A stretch of 64,000 bases of DNA from NCBI RefSeq assembly GCF_009914755.1, contig NC_060941.1, one strand, 5' to 3'. A model generated the notes under the pieces. The model was given only the letters and a program-made list of their open reading frames with translations. It made no database searches and was not told the origin of the DNA. Shown piece after piece: positions 1 to 12,487 of this stretch (positions within the stretch are counted from its first letter, which is position 1; the number at the start of each line of letters is the position of its first letter). The DNA is from the human T2T-CHM13v2.0 reference genome, Homo sapiens. The translations under genes and the position numbers were made by a program.

Positions 1-439
1 TACATCTGTAAGATGTAAGTTATATCATAATAACTTTTTGAAAGTTTAATTCATATAACAAGGTCAGGAAATGTCCATTTGGGCTGTGGCACCTCAGATG
101 CTTATCCAGCCATGAGCCTTGGCCCGTACGCTTCTAGAAGCATCCACTCCCACATAGCATTTTCCAGACCCAGGGCACCTGGGGAACAAGGAGCAGGATT
201 GGGGAGATTTGAAGTTTCAAGTGGGGAGGTCAAGAAGAGTCAATGAGAAGGGGCCAATTGAGCAAGGAGCTGCAGAAGGCGTGGAGGGCCCTGAGAACAT
301 TGCAAGTGGATGGCACAGAGCCAGGCCCTGAGGTGGGAGCCTGGCCAGTTGTGGGGACAGCAAAGAAGTCAATGAGAGCGGGAAAAAATGGGGTAAGGGA
401 GATGGGTGGGAGGAGGTCAAGATTATGGGGGGTTGGGTG

Positions 440-680
440 CTTTTCGAGGTCCTTGGCTTTGCCACAGTAGGGTGGGTGCTGTAGGGAAGGGTTTTGAGGG
501 GAAGGGGCATGATCTGACTCAGGGTTCACAGGGTGCCTCCCTCCAGCTGCAGTGCTGAGAGCAGCTACGGGGGCAACCACTGGGAAATTGGGAGACCCAT
601 TAGAATTGAATTGCAATGACCCCAGGGAGAGATGAGAGTGGCTTGAAGCAGGCATGAAGGTGGTGAGAAGTGGTCAGATG
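440..680. mobile_element. Old L2-like fragment
   Basis: Resembles L2 3' sequence (gagaagtggtcagat). Boundaries approximate. Confidence 0.4.
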
Positions 681-788
681 CCTCTGCGGAGTGAAAGGGT
701 AAACATCATAAAAGTTCTATTGTTTGGCCTGGTCAGATGCCTCTGCAGAGTGAAAGGGTAAACACCATAAAAGTTCTATCATCTGGCT
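671..788 (+). repeat. 59-bp tandem duplication (2 copies)
   Basis: tggtcagatgcctctgc(g/a)gagtgaaagggtaaaca(t/c)cataaaagttctat at 671 and 730. Confidence 0.95.
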
Positions 789-792
789 GTCT

Positions 793-907
793 GGCCGGGG
801 TGGTGGCTCACCTGTAATCCCAGCATTTTGGGAGGTCGAGGTGGGCGGATCGCCTGAGGTCAGAAGTTTGAGACCAGCCTGGCCAACATGGTGAAACCCT
901 GTCTCTA

Positions 908-938
<31 letters not shown>
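793..938 (+). mobile_element. Alu left monomer with a 29-nt A tract
   Basis: ggccgggg...tgtaatcccagca...ctctactaAn. Confidence 0.9.
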
Positions 939-1240
<302 letters not shown>

Positions 1241-1754
1241 CTATCATCCCATAAAACCACTCACTCCTCATTGCAGCCCTAGACTTGCTCTACCCACACA
1301 CTTCAAAGGGGGGCTCCGCGCTCTTCACCCTCCTGCACCCGCGCCCATCCAGGAGTCAGAGCAGGATGTTTTCCTCTAAGGGAAAGCAAAGCGAGTGTGC
1401 ACTCGTGCAGAATAGAGTTTGGGCCACTCATTTGATTTCTTTGTAGATTTTATTCTCGTCTTTTTTCCAATAAGAAACACCATAACTAATGACTTCAGAG
1501 AGGCTCTTCCTAGTGTATTTTTAAGAGGAGAGGCAGTATTAATAGTTACAGCCGCATGGCAGGTGGCCCTCTGTGACCCGTCACAGTGAACAGCAAGCTC
1601 TTGGGGCCCTCTTAGGTTTGCGCTTTGAGGCTCCTGCCTGCCCTGGTGGTTCTAGAGTCCCCCAGATTACCAGGCCTGAGGCTTCTGAACATCCCCTAAA
1701 CACAGCCTAACTTCCCAACAGTCTCCTTCCCCTTGGGGAGTCTCCAAAAGGAGA

Positions 1755-2000
1755 TTTTTTTTTTTTTTTTGGAGACAGAATCTCGCTCTGTCACCCAGGC
1801 TGGAGTGCAGTGGTGTGATCTCAGCTCACCCAAGTAGCTGGGAATACAGGAGTATGCTACCATGCCCAGCTAATTTTTTAGTAAAAACAGGGTTTCACCA
1901 TGTTGGCCAGGCTGGCCTCAAACTCCTGGCCTCAAGTGACCCACCCACATCGGCCTCCCGAAGAGCTAGGATTACAGGCATGAGCCATCCCTGCCCAGCC
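1755..2000 (-). mobile_element. Alu with an internal deletion
   Basis: Poly-T followed by Alu reverse consensus. Confidence 0.9.
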
Positions 2001-3662
2001 TGATGGTTGCTCTGAAATAGCCAGAGAGCTGGGATGCGGTATAGAGCAGTTTGTTTCCCAGTGCTGCCTTGAGCCTGGGTTAGATCTTCTCTTCATGCCA
2101 ATCCAGGCCTTCTGTTTTCAAAGTTTCTCTTGGAGTCTCATGGGACCTTGGCTTCTCCTGCAGCATAGTCCCACAGCCTGGCCCCAGGGTGGCGCCCTCC
2201 TGAGGTACTCAGAGGTGTGTGGCGTTGATAGTTGGTGGGGGCAGCTTTTAGGGCTGGAGGTGGTAGGCTAGGACTGAATGACTTCAGCCGAGATTGGCTC
2301 CTCCCCACTCCTCACGGTGGAGATCCCAGGGTGAGGGACCTGCAGCTGAAGTCCGTCCATACAGGCAGAGAGACTGAGGGTGATTCTCAGATGAGTGTGG
2401 GCTGGTCACTTGCAGGCCTTCCTAAAGCCCGTGCTGGCGTTTCTGATTCAGCAGGTCTGTGGGGGGCAGGGGCTTCTTCACTCTTAATCAGTTCCCAGCC
2501 GATGCTGATGAGGCTGGTTCAAATGCCGTGCTCTGAGAACACCTATACTTAGGTAACAGGGCACCTGGCTGCCTGTAGGTTACCTGTGGCCTCTGGGCTG
2601 GCACTGCTAGTTGTAGGCGATATCCTACCGGTTAATTTTAACTTGGAGTCTTTTAGAGGACAAAGACCTGTTTTGGTGGTTCACTGAGTTGAACAGCCTG
2701 GTGGGCTGGCCTTCCCAGCGCTTCTCATCAGTCTCAGGGCTGCGCCGCCAGGCCCTAGGTGTGCATTGTTCTCTCTGCTACCGGTGGAGTCTCCACCACC
2801 ATAGACCTTTTCTAGGACATCAGCTTGGATCTCCCCAGCTCTTCCACTCTGTCTGGCCCCTGAGCCCAGGGAGTGTGGGCAGCATGGTAAATGGGGACAG
2901 CCACGTGTGGGGAACCGCCATGCTCACGGACTGCTTGTGACAGTGGGAAGCCTTCCTCACCCACATGGCAGGGGCATGTCTCCTGGCCAGAAGGCTGTGC
3001 TCCATCAGAACCAAATCAGGGCTCTTTCACACACCCAGGACTGAGCAAAGATATGGCATTAGCCTGGGTTGGCTGCGGTCTCTGGTGCTAGTTTGTCTTT
3101 TGTTTTGGCCAGATGACTCGATATTTCTGTCCCTCAGCTTTGCACTATGCTGGGTATTGGTGTCAGCAGTTGCTGTTCCAACCTCCTCATGTAAATGAAC
3201 CCAGAGCCAAACTGGATGCCCCTCAGCCTTTGTGTTAATCACCTACCCCAGAGTGTGAGCTGAGAAGCACCCGGCCCTCTCCCCATGGTCCACAGCCTTC
3301 TCCGCATGTGATTAAAACTTAGCTGTGACGTTCTGCAGTAGGGCCATTTTTGAAATTGTGCACTTACTGCTTCAGTTGAGATAAGTAATAAGATTTCGGA
3401 TGTGATTGTTTAAAGTGTTTTTAAGTAGCCATAGCATACAGTTGTTCAAAAAGCAGAAAACGTTCCTAAATTTTAATTGTCTAGTGTTTTATAGTCTTAT
3501 TTCCTGTTAGTTGCATTAATTAAAGGTTACTGCAGAACAGTCTTTGTTGAGTGGAAGTATTCCTTAGAAGAGGTACAAGCTTTTGGTTTCTATCTTGCTG
3601 AATAGTCTGCAGGACGAAAGCTGCATGTATAGAATTTTAAAATGCAGCAACTTTGTTACTCT

Positions 3663-4040
3663 TGTCAGAGGCGCTGGAACCGGTGCAACTCCATCTTGAA
3701 TAGAGGCTGGGTGAAATAAGACTGAGACCTACTAGGCTGCATTCCCAGACAGTTAGGGCATTCTAAGTCACAGGATGAGATAGGAGGTCAGCACAAGATA
3801 CAAGTCATAAAACCTTGCTGATAAAAACAAGTTGCAGTAAAGAAGCCAGCCAAAACCCACCAAAACCAAGATGGCGACAAGAGTGACCTCTGGTCGTCCT
3901 CACTGCTACATTCCCACCAGCACCGTGACATTACAAATGCCATGGTGACGTCAGGAAGTTACCCTGTATGGTCTAAAAAGGGGAGGCATGAATAATCGAC
4001 CCTTGTATAGCATATAATCAAGAAATAACCATCAAAATAC
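3663..4040 (+). mobile_element. MER41-family LTR, 5' part
   Basis: Starts tgtcagaggcg...caactccatcttgaata, matching my recollection of the MER41 consensus. Confidence 0.8.
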
Positions 4041-4323
4041 CTCCCCAGCATTAACATCAGCACAGACCTAAAGTCTGATAAGAAACATTTTATAACCTCT
4101 CTCTGAAGACTGCTACCTGGAGGCAAACCAATTTATTTCTTAAATATGCTTGATTGAAGTCTCAAGTCTCTCTAAAATGTATAAAACCAAGCTGCACCAC
4201 GACCACCTTGGTACATGTTCTCACGATCTCCTGAGGGCTGTGTCCCGGACCATGGTCACTCATATTTGGCACAGAATAAATCTCTTCAAACATTTTATAG
4301 AGTTTGACTCTTTTTCATTGACA
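4041..4323 (+). mobile_element. MER4-family LTR, 3' part
   Basis: ...catatttggcacagaataaatctcttcaaa...gaca terminus. Confidence 0.7.
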
Positions 4324-4673
4324 AGACCATGCAGAGTAACTTCTGGATGTTGCCATGGCATTTGTAAACTGTCATGGCCCTGGTGGGAGTACCTTTTAGC
4401 ATGCCAATGCATTGTAATTAGTGTATAATGAGCAAGAGGACAACCAGAGGTCACTTTCATCCCCATCTTGGTTTTGGTGGGTTTTGGCCAGCTTCTTTAC
4501 TGCATCCTATTTTATCAGCAAGGTCTTTGTGACCTGTATCTTGTGCTGACCTCCTGTCTTATCCTATGACTAAGTATGGGTAACCTTCTGCAAATGCAGC
4601 CCAGTAGGTGTCAGACTTACCTTACCTAGACCTTATCCAAGATGGAGTCAGTCTGGTTCAAATGTGTGTGACA
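4324..4673 (-). mobile_element. MER41-family LTR, 5' part, inverted
   Basis: Reverse-complement similarity to 3663-3975. Confidence 0.8.
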
Positions 4674-4987
4674 CATTTAGATGGTCACAGGGGAGGTGAA
4701 GGGCCTTCAAATTTTATTTTGGTTCATGATATGGCTTGGCGTGTATGCTTTTCATTTGTAAAATTGCTGTTCTTTTGACAATTTAAGTGACTGTTTCATT
4801 GACTACAAGTTTGAAAATAAAAATTAATTAAGAAAAAAATTCCAATGACTGTGCTGTGGTTGGAGACTTTATTTACCAAGATGTTTACCCTTTCCTTTCC
4901 CCTCTCATTATGAGCAGCTGTGTCACTGCTCCTCCTCCTCCTCCCCTAATGCTTTGTAATCTCTCCTATGTCATAATAAAGCTACAC

Positions 4988-6460
4988 TTTATTCTGAAAA
5001 CTGGCCAGTTCTCCTTTTATTGACACAAGCAGTCAAAGAGAGGGTGGCAGGAGGGAAAACAGCAGCCAGGGCAGACCGACCTGGATGGGGCACCCTGGTC
5101 ACAAGTAATGCCATGTAGGCTGCCATGATGGCGATAGGTAGAGCCGGCAAGTCTGTGTCCAGGTAGGGGCTTCCTACAGTGAAGGCTGATCTCAGCCCCC
5201 TCCACAGTGTGGGCGGCCTGCCCACAGGCAGCCCGCTGGTCCTCCTGGGAAATGGTGCCGGCCCAGGAATCCACAGCAAGTCTCTCATCATCAGATGGGG
5301 TGCTCAGCAATGGTGAGGCGGGCGTGCAGCAGGCAGGGCCTTGAAGCCTCCAGGTGGCATATTGGCATGTGAAGCCGGGGCACTCAGGACACTTTTGGGC
5401 TGGGCTCCAGAGATCAGACTGCCTGCACTGCAGTGATGAGGCTGGGAAGAGGCAGCAGTGTTCACAGCTGTTGGCCGCATTGAGCCAGCCCTCCACATCC
5501 TCATTACTGCACGGTCTCCCGTCTTGCCCAGGTTCTCTGATGTGAATCCTTACAGCATCAGGGCTCACAGTGCCCTGGTCCCCTCTGTGGTCACCCTGGG
5601 AGCCTGTGGTGCCTCTGGTGCCTCTCTCTTCCTAGGACTCGAGTTGAAGCCAGGGACCTCTGGGCCTGGGACTCACAGGTGGGGTCAGAGGCCCCAGGGC
5701 ATGCTGCTGGCTGGCTGGCTGGCTGGGGCTGCAGGAACCCTATGCTTAGCCTTCCCTCCAGAGGCCTTGATGGGACCAAGCCCCGCTGAATGGGATTTTC
5801 CAAGGCCCAGAACCAAGGTCCAGCAGCCATCTGGGGCTGCGACGCAGCTGGGCGTGTGCCACCTGGGCTCCTTCCATGCCACGTTCTTCTACTGAGGGGC
5901 ATCGCAGGCAGGTGCTGCCTTGTTGCTGGGGTGTCTCCTGACCTGCCTCCTCTGTCATAAGCCTGGGCAGGGCCTGGTGTCGGGGTCCCAGTGGGCTTGC
6001 TGGGCCAGGCCCGTCGTGTGGTTGCAGGGCTGTCCAGGTAACATGTTGAAGTGACAGGGGCCCAGTAGCCCTGTTCAAAATTGTAGTAAGGAAACCATGG
6101 ATCCCAGCATCCAGGTCTGTGTGGAGGTGTGGCATAGAGTCCCAGCACAGGTATTTTTATGTAATACGAGGCCTGACCTCACCGGGAAACAGGGTGGCCA
6201 CATCTTGATCCTCTGGGCCACCCAGAGAGCAGCCTGCTGCCCTGGGTTCTGGGGAAGCCCCTTCGTGCTGCTGGGCCTTGGCCTCCGCCATGGAGACAAC
6301 CCTGTCAGGCCAGGCTGGGGGAGGACAAGGCTTTTGTCCTGGGGGGCTGATGGCATGAGCCCCTGGAGCTGAGCTGGTGGGCTGGGCAGGGCCAATCTGT
6401 CCCCCTCACAGAGGGGCCTAATGCCAGGAGACACCCTCGAGGACCCTCTCTCGAGTTCTC
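4988..6460 (-). pseudogene. TBC1D27P: Terminal exon (GELERGSS..., open to a stop at 6075), with AATAAA signals at 5021-5016 and 4993-4988
   Basis: Acceptor ttttttcag. Fragments resembling the TBC1D3 tail (MPHLHTDLD, PWFPYYNF, ISQEDQ) occur in shifting frames. Confidence 0.8.
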
Positions 6461-7408
6461 CTGAAAAAAAAGAAACAGACGTGGTCGGCATCTTCACCAA
6501 GCTCATCGGGTCCCTTCAGGGCTGGGCCCCACAGGCCTGGGTCTCTGGAGTCCTCGGGGTCCCTGACACTGAGTATGCCCCCGCAGGCTGCTGATCTCAG
6601 GGCGAGGACTGTGTGCAGTCTGGGGTCAGGGAGCTTTCAGGGAACCTCAGGTTGCTCCTGAAATGGCCCCCAGTGTTCAGGCTGGCTCAGGGCTTCCTGC
6701 CTCATGCCCTCACCTCAGGACTGTTCGGCAGCCCCAACTCAGAACTCAACTGGGAGGGACCTGCACTGTCACCCAGCCCCCTTGCCACCACACATGGGGG
6801 CCTGTCCCCACAGAGCATGAGAAGGTCCCGGGCAGGGGTTCCCCTCTGCCCTCCAGGCTGTTCACCCCATGCCAGGGCTGGACCAATCCCATGTCCAGCT
6901 GAACTCTTGGTTCTGGCTCTGGGTCAGGGCTTCCCCTATCCTGTGCCTGAATCCTCTTGGGTCAGGGACACTGATTCTCTTGTCTCCCTGGCTTGTTGTC
7001 TTGACATCCTTGGAGGGGCACTCAAGAATGAGGGGTCCCTGCTGCTCTCTGAGGCTGCTTGAAGGTGGGGGTGGGGGCTTCCACAGCTGGGTCTGACTGC
7101 CCCAGTGTCCCTCAGGGCCCTTCGAGGAGGAGAGGAGGACAGTGTGGAAAGTGCGGGAGGGGTGTTGGTGGTTCCTGCCCATGGCCCCTGCCTGTCCACT
7201 CAGCATGTCCAGCACACACACACACATGCGCTCAGCGCCTGCCCTGAGGAGCGGCAGACCCATTTGACTTTCTTAGAGTAGAGGAGGAAGAGGAGGAAGA
7301 AGAGGTGCAGGAGGAAGGCCAGATAGGAGGGCTGGCGGGGCCAGGACACCCCCAACCATTGACTGCCCCAGAGGGAGACTCCGGAGGGGACCTGGTGCTG
7401 GAGCCCAC

Positions 7409-7558
7409 CTGGGGATGGCAGGTCCCAGTGTTTTTTTGTGAGTTCCTTCATAGAGGTTTGAAGGTTCCTGAGGACCGAGTTGTCCTCCAGGGCCCAGCTC
7501 TGAGAGAGTCGCTCCTGAAACTCCCAGACGGTGCTCCAGGAAAGCTTCATGAGGTGCT
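7409..7558 (-). pseudogene. TBC1D27P: Intact 150-nt exon EHLMKLSWSTVWEFQERLSQSWALEDNSVLRNLQTSMKELTKKHWDLPSP
   Basis: Acceptor ccctag, donor gtgggc. ORF 7200..7577. Confidence 0.88.
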
Positions 7559-7924
7559 CTAGGGAGAGGGCGGGCATCAGGCCAGGAGGGTTCCCTGGGA
7601 GGGGTCAGTGCCCGCACCCCGTTTCCACCAGGGCTACCTCCCACTGGGTGGTGCCGGGTCCTTTTTGGCCACCCCGGGGTCGAGCTGTGCACAGAAGGCC
7701 ACAGCTAGGGGAGGCCGGGCAGGGAAGTGCTCCCCACACTCCTTTCATCTGGGTCATGTTGGGGGGTGGACTCAGTGTCATCATGCCTTGCCCAGCCCAC
7801 CAGGCCAGGCCCTCTGCTCGGATGGAGCAGAGAGTCATGGTAACAGTGTGAGGACGCTTCCCTCAGGCCAGCGGAGGTCTGTCCCACGTGTTCCCTTGGG
7901 CACCCTCAGGCACATGGGACTTAC

Positions 7925-8024
7925 CCCTGTGTATTTTGAATGATGCATGCGCCATGGCTGTCAGTACCTGCTCGCCCTCCAAGATAAGCACATCCCACAG
8001 TCGCAGGGTGAGCCCGAAGGATTT
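7925..8024 (-). pseudogene. TBC1D27P: Intact 100-nt exon KSFGLTLRLWDVLILEGEQVLTAMAHASFKIHR
   Basis: TBC signature LRLWD...EG. Acceptor aag, donor gtaagt. Confidence 0.9.
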
Positions 8025-8502
8025 CTTTGGGGACAGCAGGTGTGGGAGGACCTGGCCTTTCCAGGCTGGGGCTGGTGGCCTGAGCAGGACCCATTGGGGT
8101 TTCAGTCCTCTGGAGTGCTGAGGACCCCTTTCCATGGGATGAGACCCCTCCATGAGGCTGCGGTCAGACAAGGTCCTGCAGCTCCTCATGGGGGACTCAT
8201 CTCAGCAGTGAGGTGGCTTCTGGAAGAAGGGGCTTCCTGAGGACTTGGGGCTTCCCTGGGCCCCTCCAAGTTGGGTCCTAGCCCAGTCTCCCCATGAGGC
8301 TGGGCCTGAGCCCTGGCCTCTGCCGTGGGATGCCCCCTCTCAGGCAGAGCCTGGTTTATGTGCCCTGTAGGGAACTGCCTGTGCCTCCTGCAGGCTGGAG
8401 GGGATCTGAATCCTCCTGGCGGAGCTCGACCCCTGGGCTGGGGGTGCCGGGCACTGCGGGACAGGAGGGTCCCTGGGCTGGGGTCTCCCTGTGCCTCCTT
8501 AC

Positions 8503-8568
8503 CCCATCAAGGAAACACTGGAGGAGCCTCGTCAGCATGGAACCCTCAATGCATAGCCCTTCCTTGCC
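8503..8568 (-). pseudogene. TBC1D27P: Intact 66-nt exon GKEGLCIEGSMLTRLLQCFLDG
   Basis: Acceptor cccttcag, donor gtaagg. Confidence 0.88.
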
Positions 8569-8947
8569 CTGAAGGGAGGAGCAGAGGTGCTCAGGGCCCC
8601 TTGGGCTGCCCTGAAGTCCTCCCACTTCCAGGCCCCTCTGTAGACCCTTCCTCAAGGAGCAGAATCCAGGGCGGTGGCCAGGGCTCCAACACCTGCCCCA
8701 TGCACGGATGCCCAGTGGACATACTTCCCTTAGCCCTGCTTAGCCAGAGCTTGGCCCTGGTCCCAGCCCTTCTGCCTCCCCCAGGGCAGGAAAAGGAAAC
8801 CCAACTCCGAACCCTTGGAGAATCCCCATCCCAGGTCAGGCTGTGGTTGGGACTTGGCCTCTTGTCAGCTCTGTGAGAGACTAGAGCCTCCCCTGGCCTG
8901 TGGGGCCCAGGGCTTATGGGGAGGAGCAGAGGGTGTCATCCACTCAC

Positions 8948-9069
<122 letters not shown>

Positions 9070-9756
9070 TCAGAGCCCACGCCCAAGATGTGGAGGCATC
9101 AGCTGGAAGAGCTGGGCAAGATGGGGGACCCCGGACCCCGAGGCTTCCCTCCTTCCCATCTGGTGACCCCATCATGCGGCCTCAGCCCTGGGGAGGAGGG
9201 CCCTGGCTGGAGGCGCTGCCCGGCGGCATCCTGGGTTGAGGTGCCAGGAGGGCAGCCTGCCTTTGACACCATGAGGTAGGGCCGAGGCAGGCAGGTGCTA
9301 GCGGGGAGACCGGGGTGGGAGCTGGGGGCTGTGTGGCCATCTCCTGGATGTGGGATCAGGCTGGGGGACATGGGATGGGCAGACATTGCCATCTTGGCTT
9401 CATCGGCCCATCCATAGGAAGGGAGGGTGGCTGGGAGCACAGCCAGCTGGGAGGCAGGAGGACACTCAGGGAGGTGAGTGGCGCCTGCACAAAGTTGGGG
9501 CTGGCTTCGGGCAACAGAGGGTGGCCAGAAAAAGGTGTCAATGCTCTCTGATGTTAGGGATGAAACGTGTCTGACTTGAGGTTTAAGGGTCCATGTCCAG
9601 ACCCAGGCTGCTGTGGGACCTCAGCAGGGACATCCTGGAGGCTCCAAATAAGCTGGGATACAAGGAAAGCACCTTGACTGGAAGTTGGGATCACCGGCCA
9701 GAGTGGCTGTCCCCTGGCATGACTGTGTAAGGCCCTGGGGGCAGCTGTCCACCTAC

Positions 9757-9890
<134 letters not shown>

Positions 9891-10667
9891 TCACCGTGGA
9901 AGAATGTCACCTGGGAGGGCTGAGGCCACCTGGGAAGACTCACATCACCAGAGATGGCAGAGATCCTTGGGGACACCTGCCACAGGCCCCCGGGGATTTG
10001 GGGTGGGCATGAGGACTGAGCAGGTCACGTATGACTCAGCTGACAAAGAGCCTGGGGGACTCCTGCAGCGAGCGTCTAAGCTCAAATGGCCCTAAAGGGC
10101 ACAGTCAGGGATTGTTTATGCTCCTTCCCCTAGGCAGGCTGGGGAGGCCACTATGCCAGGCCCGGAGCAGCACCTGTGAAGTGCACCCACCACGAGGGCA
10201 GGCGGCAGGGTGCTGACCACCACACAAAGGGTCCTGCGGCGACTCAAGGGCTGCCTGCCCGGCACAGGAGGGCGGCTGGGTCCAGACCCCATGTGGCAGC
10301 CCATGGAGTCGGCTCAGCAGCTCTCCCTGCCTGGAATGGTCTGGAAAGTGGGGACCGAGCAGGAACAGCCACCTGGGTGACCCCCTCCCTGTCTGCTGCA
10401 CTCCTATGGGGTTCAGGCAAAGGGGAAATTGGATCTCTGTCTGGTTTCTGGTGAAGAAGAGGCTTCCTCAGGATGCCAACTCATTTCATGACAAGAGCCT
10501 GGCCCATCAGGCACCCCAGCCACTTGTCAAACCTGTCTCCTGCCAGGACCATCTGCATGCGCCCCTGCCAAGCTCCTGGGCTTTGGGGCAACGCCAGGAG
10601 GGGAAGGTCATTTCTTCATCTGAGACATGGTGGTCGGATCCAGGTGACACCAGGAGTCTGGGCTTCA

Positions 10668-11027
<360 letters not shown>

Positions 11028-11294
11028 TCATCCCACAGTCAGCACTTCTGGAAGGAAGGGAGGAAGGTTTCCTTCTGCAGAAAGTTCCTTTTTTGCCTTG
11101 TTTCTGAAGCCAGGGAGGGTCAGCAGAGCCCAGCACACCTGTGGTGCCTGTGTCACCGTCTGTGCCTAGTATGTGCATCTGACTACAGCCCCCACCCCCA
11201 ACCCGGGCTTGACATTCCTTCCGGCTGGAGTCCTGGGCTCCTGACACAGCCTGGCCTATTTGTCCTGCCCTGGCTGAGTGTGGGAGGGCCTTAC

Positions 11295-11398
11295 CTTGTA
11301 TTTCCTGGGTTCTGGGACTTGACTTTGTCAATGTCTAGCAGAAGTGCCCACGCCTGGCCTCACACCAGGGGAATGCCTTTGTACCTGCTTCGAGACAG
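11295..11398 (-). pseudogene. TBC1D27P: 104-nt exon [31 protein letters not shown]/KYK with TGA (11362-11360) and a frameshift
   Basis: TBC motif GIP..R..AW is disrupted. AG and GT intact. Confidence 0.88.
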
Positions 11399-11605
11399 CT
11401 ACAGACAAAAGAACACTCCAGTGAGACAGGATGTGTAGTGACTTGGGGAGGAAAGCCGGTAAACAGGCCTGCTGTCCTATGATGGGGATGGAGTGCCACC
11501 CATCTGCTGAGAGGCAGATGGTGCCAGGTCATGGCCATGGGTGCCTGTCTCCTGACTCTGCAGAGAGCAGTCATGGAGGCCACTCCCTCCCCACGTTACC
11601 TTCTT

Positions 11606-11897
<292 letters not shown>

Positions 11898-11906
11898 CCA
11901 TGTCAC

Positions 11907-11987
11907 CTTCTTGCTGTTCTTATATTTTGGCCAGTCTCCAAGCATCTTCAGCCACTTGTCAGTACATTTTATTTCCTGACACCTTTG
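11907..11987 (-). pseudogene. TBC1D27P: 81-nt exon QRCQEIKCTDKWLKMLGDWPKYKNSKK
   Basis: Acceptor ttgacag, donor gtgaca. KWxxMLxxW motif typical of the region preceding the TBC domain. Confidence 0.88.
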
Positions 11988-12448
11988 CTGTCAAATGAGC
12001 CATGATGGAGTTAGCGGAGCTGCCAGGCCTCCGGCAGCGGCCCATGGATGCTGGGTCCTGGGCTTTGGGGCCCTGAAGGAGCAAGGAAAGAGCAGAGCCC
12101 GGGGGCTGAGACCCTCTGAACTAACTGGAGCTGGTGGTCTGGACTGGTCATGCCAGGACACACCATCCTCAGGCCACAGACACCCCGAGTTTTGGTCAGG
12201 TCCTGGCCCTTAGCTGGGGACTTGGTACAAACAGGCAGTGACCTCTGAGCCAAGACTGTGGTTCTTGATTTGGGTTTTGGTCAAATGCTCATGGGAACAG
12301 AGTCCGTCAGGAAAGGCCGCCCCTCCCAGGGACAGCCCTGGCCCACTTACCACCGCCCGGGCCCGCAGGCCACCCCCTCTGTCTCACCAACCACTCCTGA
12401 TTCCCTGTCCCTGGACCAGTCTCCCACGCAGCAGGCACAGGCTCTTCC

Positions 12449-12487
12449 CTTCACCTCCAGGGCACTGACACGGGCAGCTCTGTCTCA
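12449..12487 (-). pseudogene. TBC1D27P: 39-nt exon (ETELP-/VSALEVK) with a 1-nt deletion and a dead donor (GGAAGA)
   Basis: Acceptor ccttacag. Needs 40 nt to keep frame. Intron starts GG rather than GT. Confidence 0.8.

Noticed and set aside
5017-5568. 183-aa minus-strand ORF as an independent gene
   Set aside because: It is part of the pseudogene's frameshifted terminal exon. Only a short stretch resembles the TBC1D3 tail.
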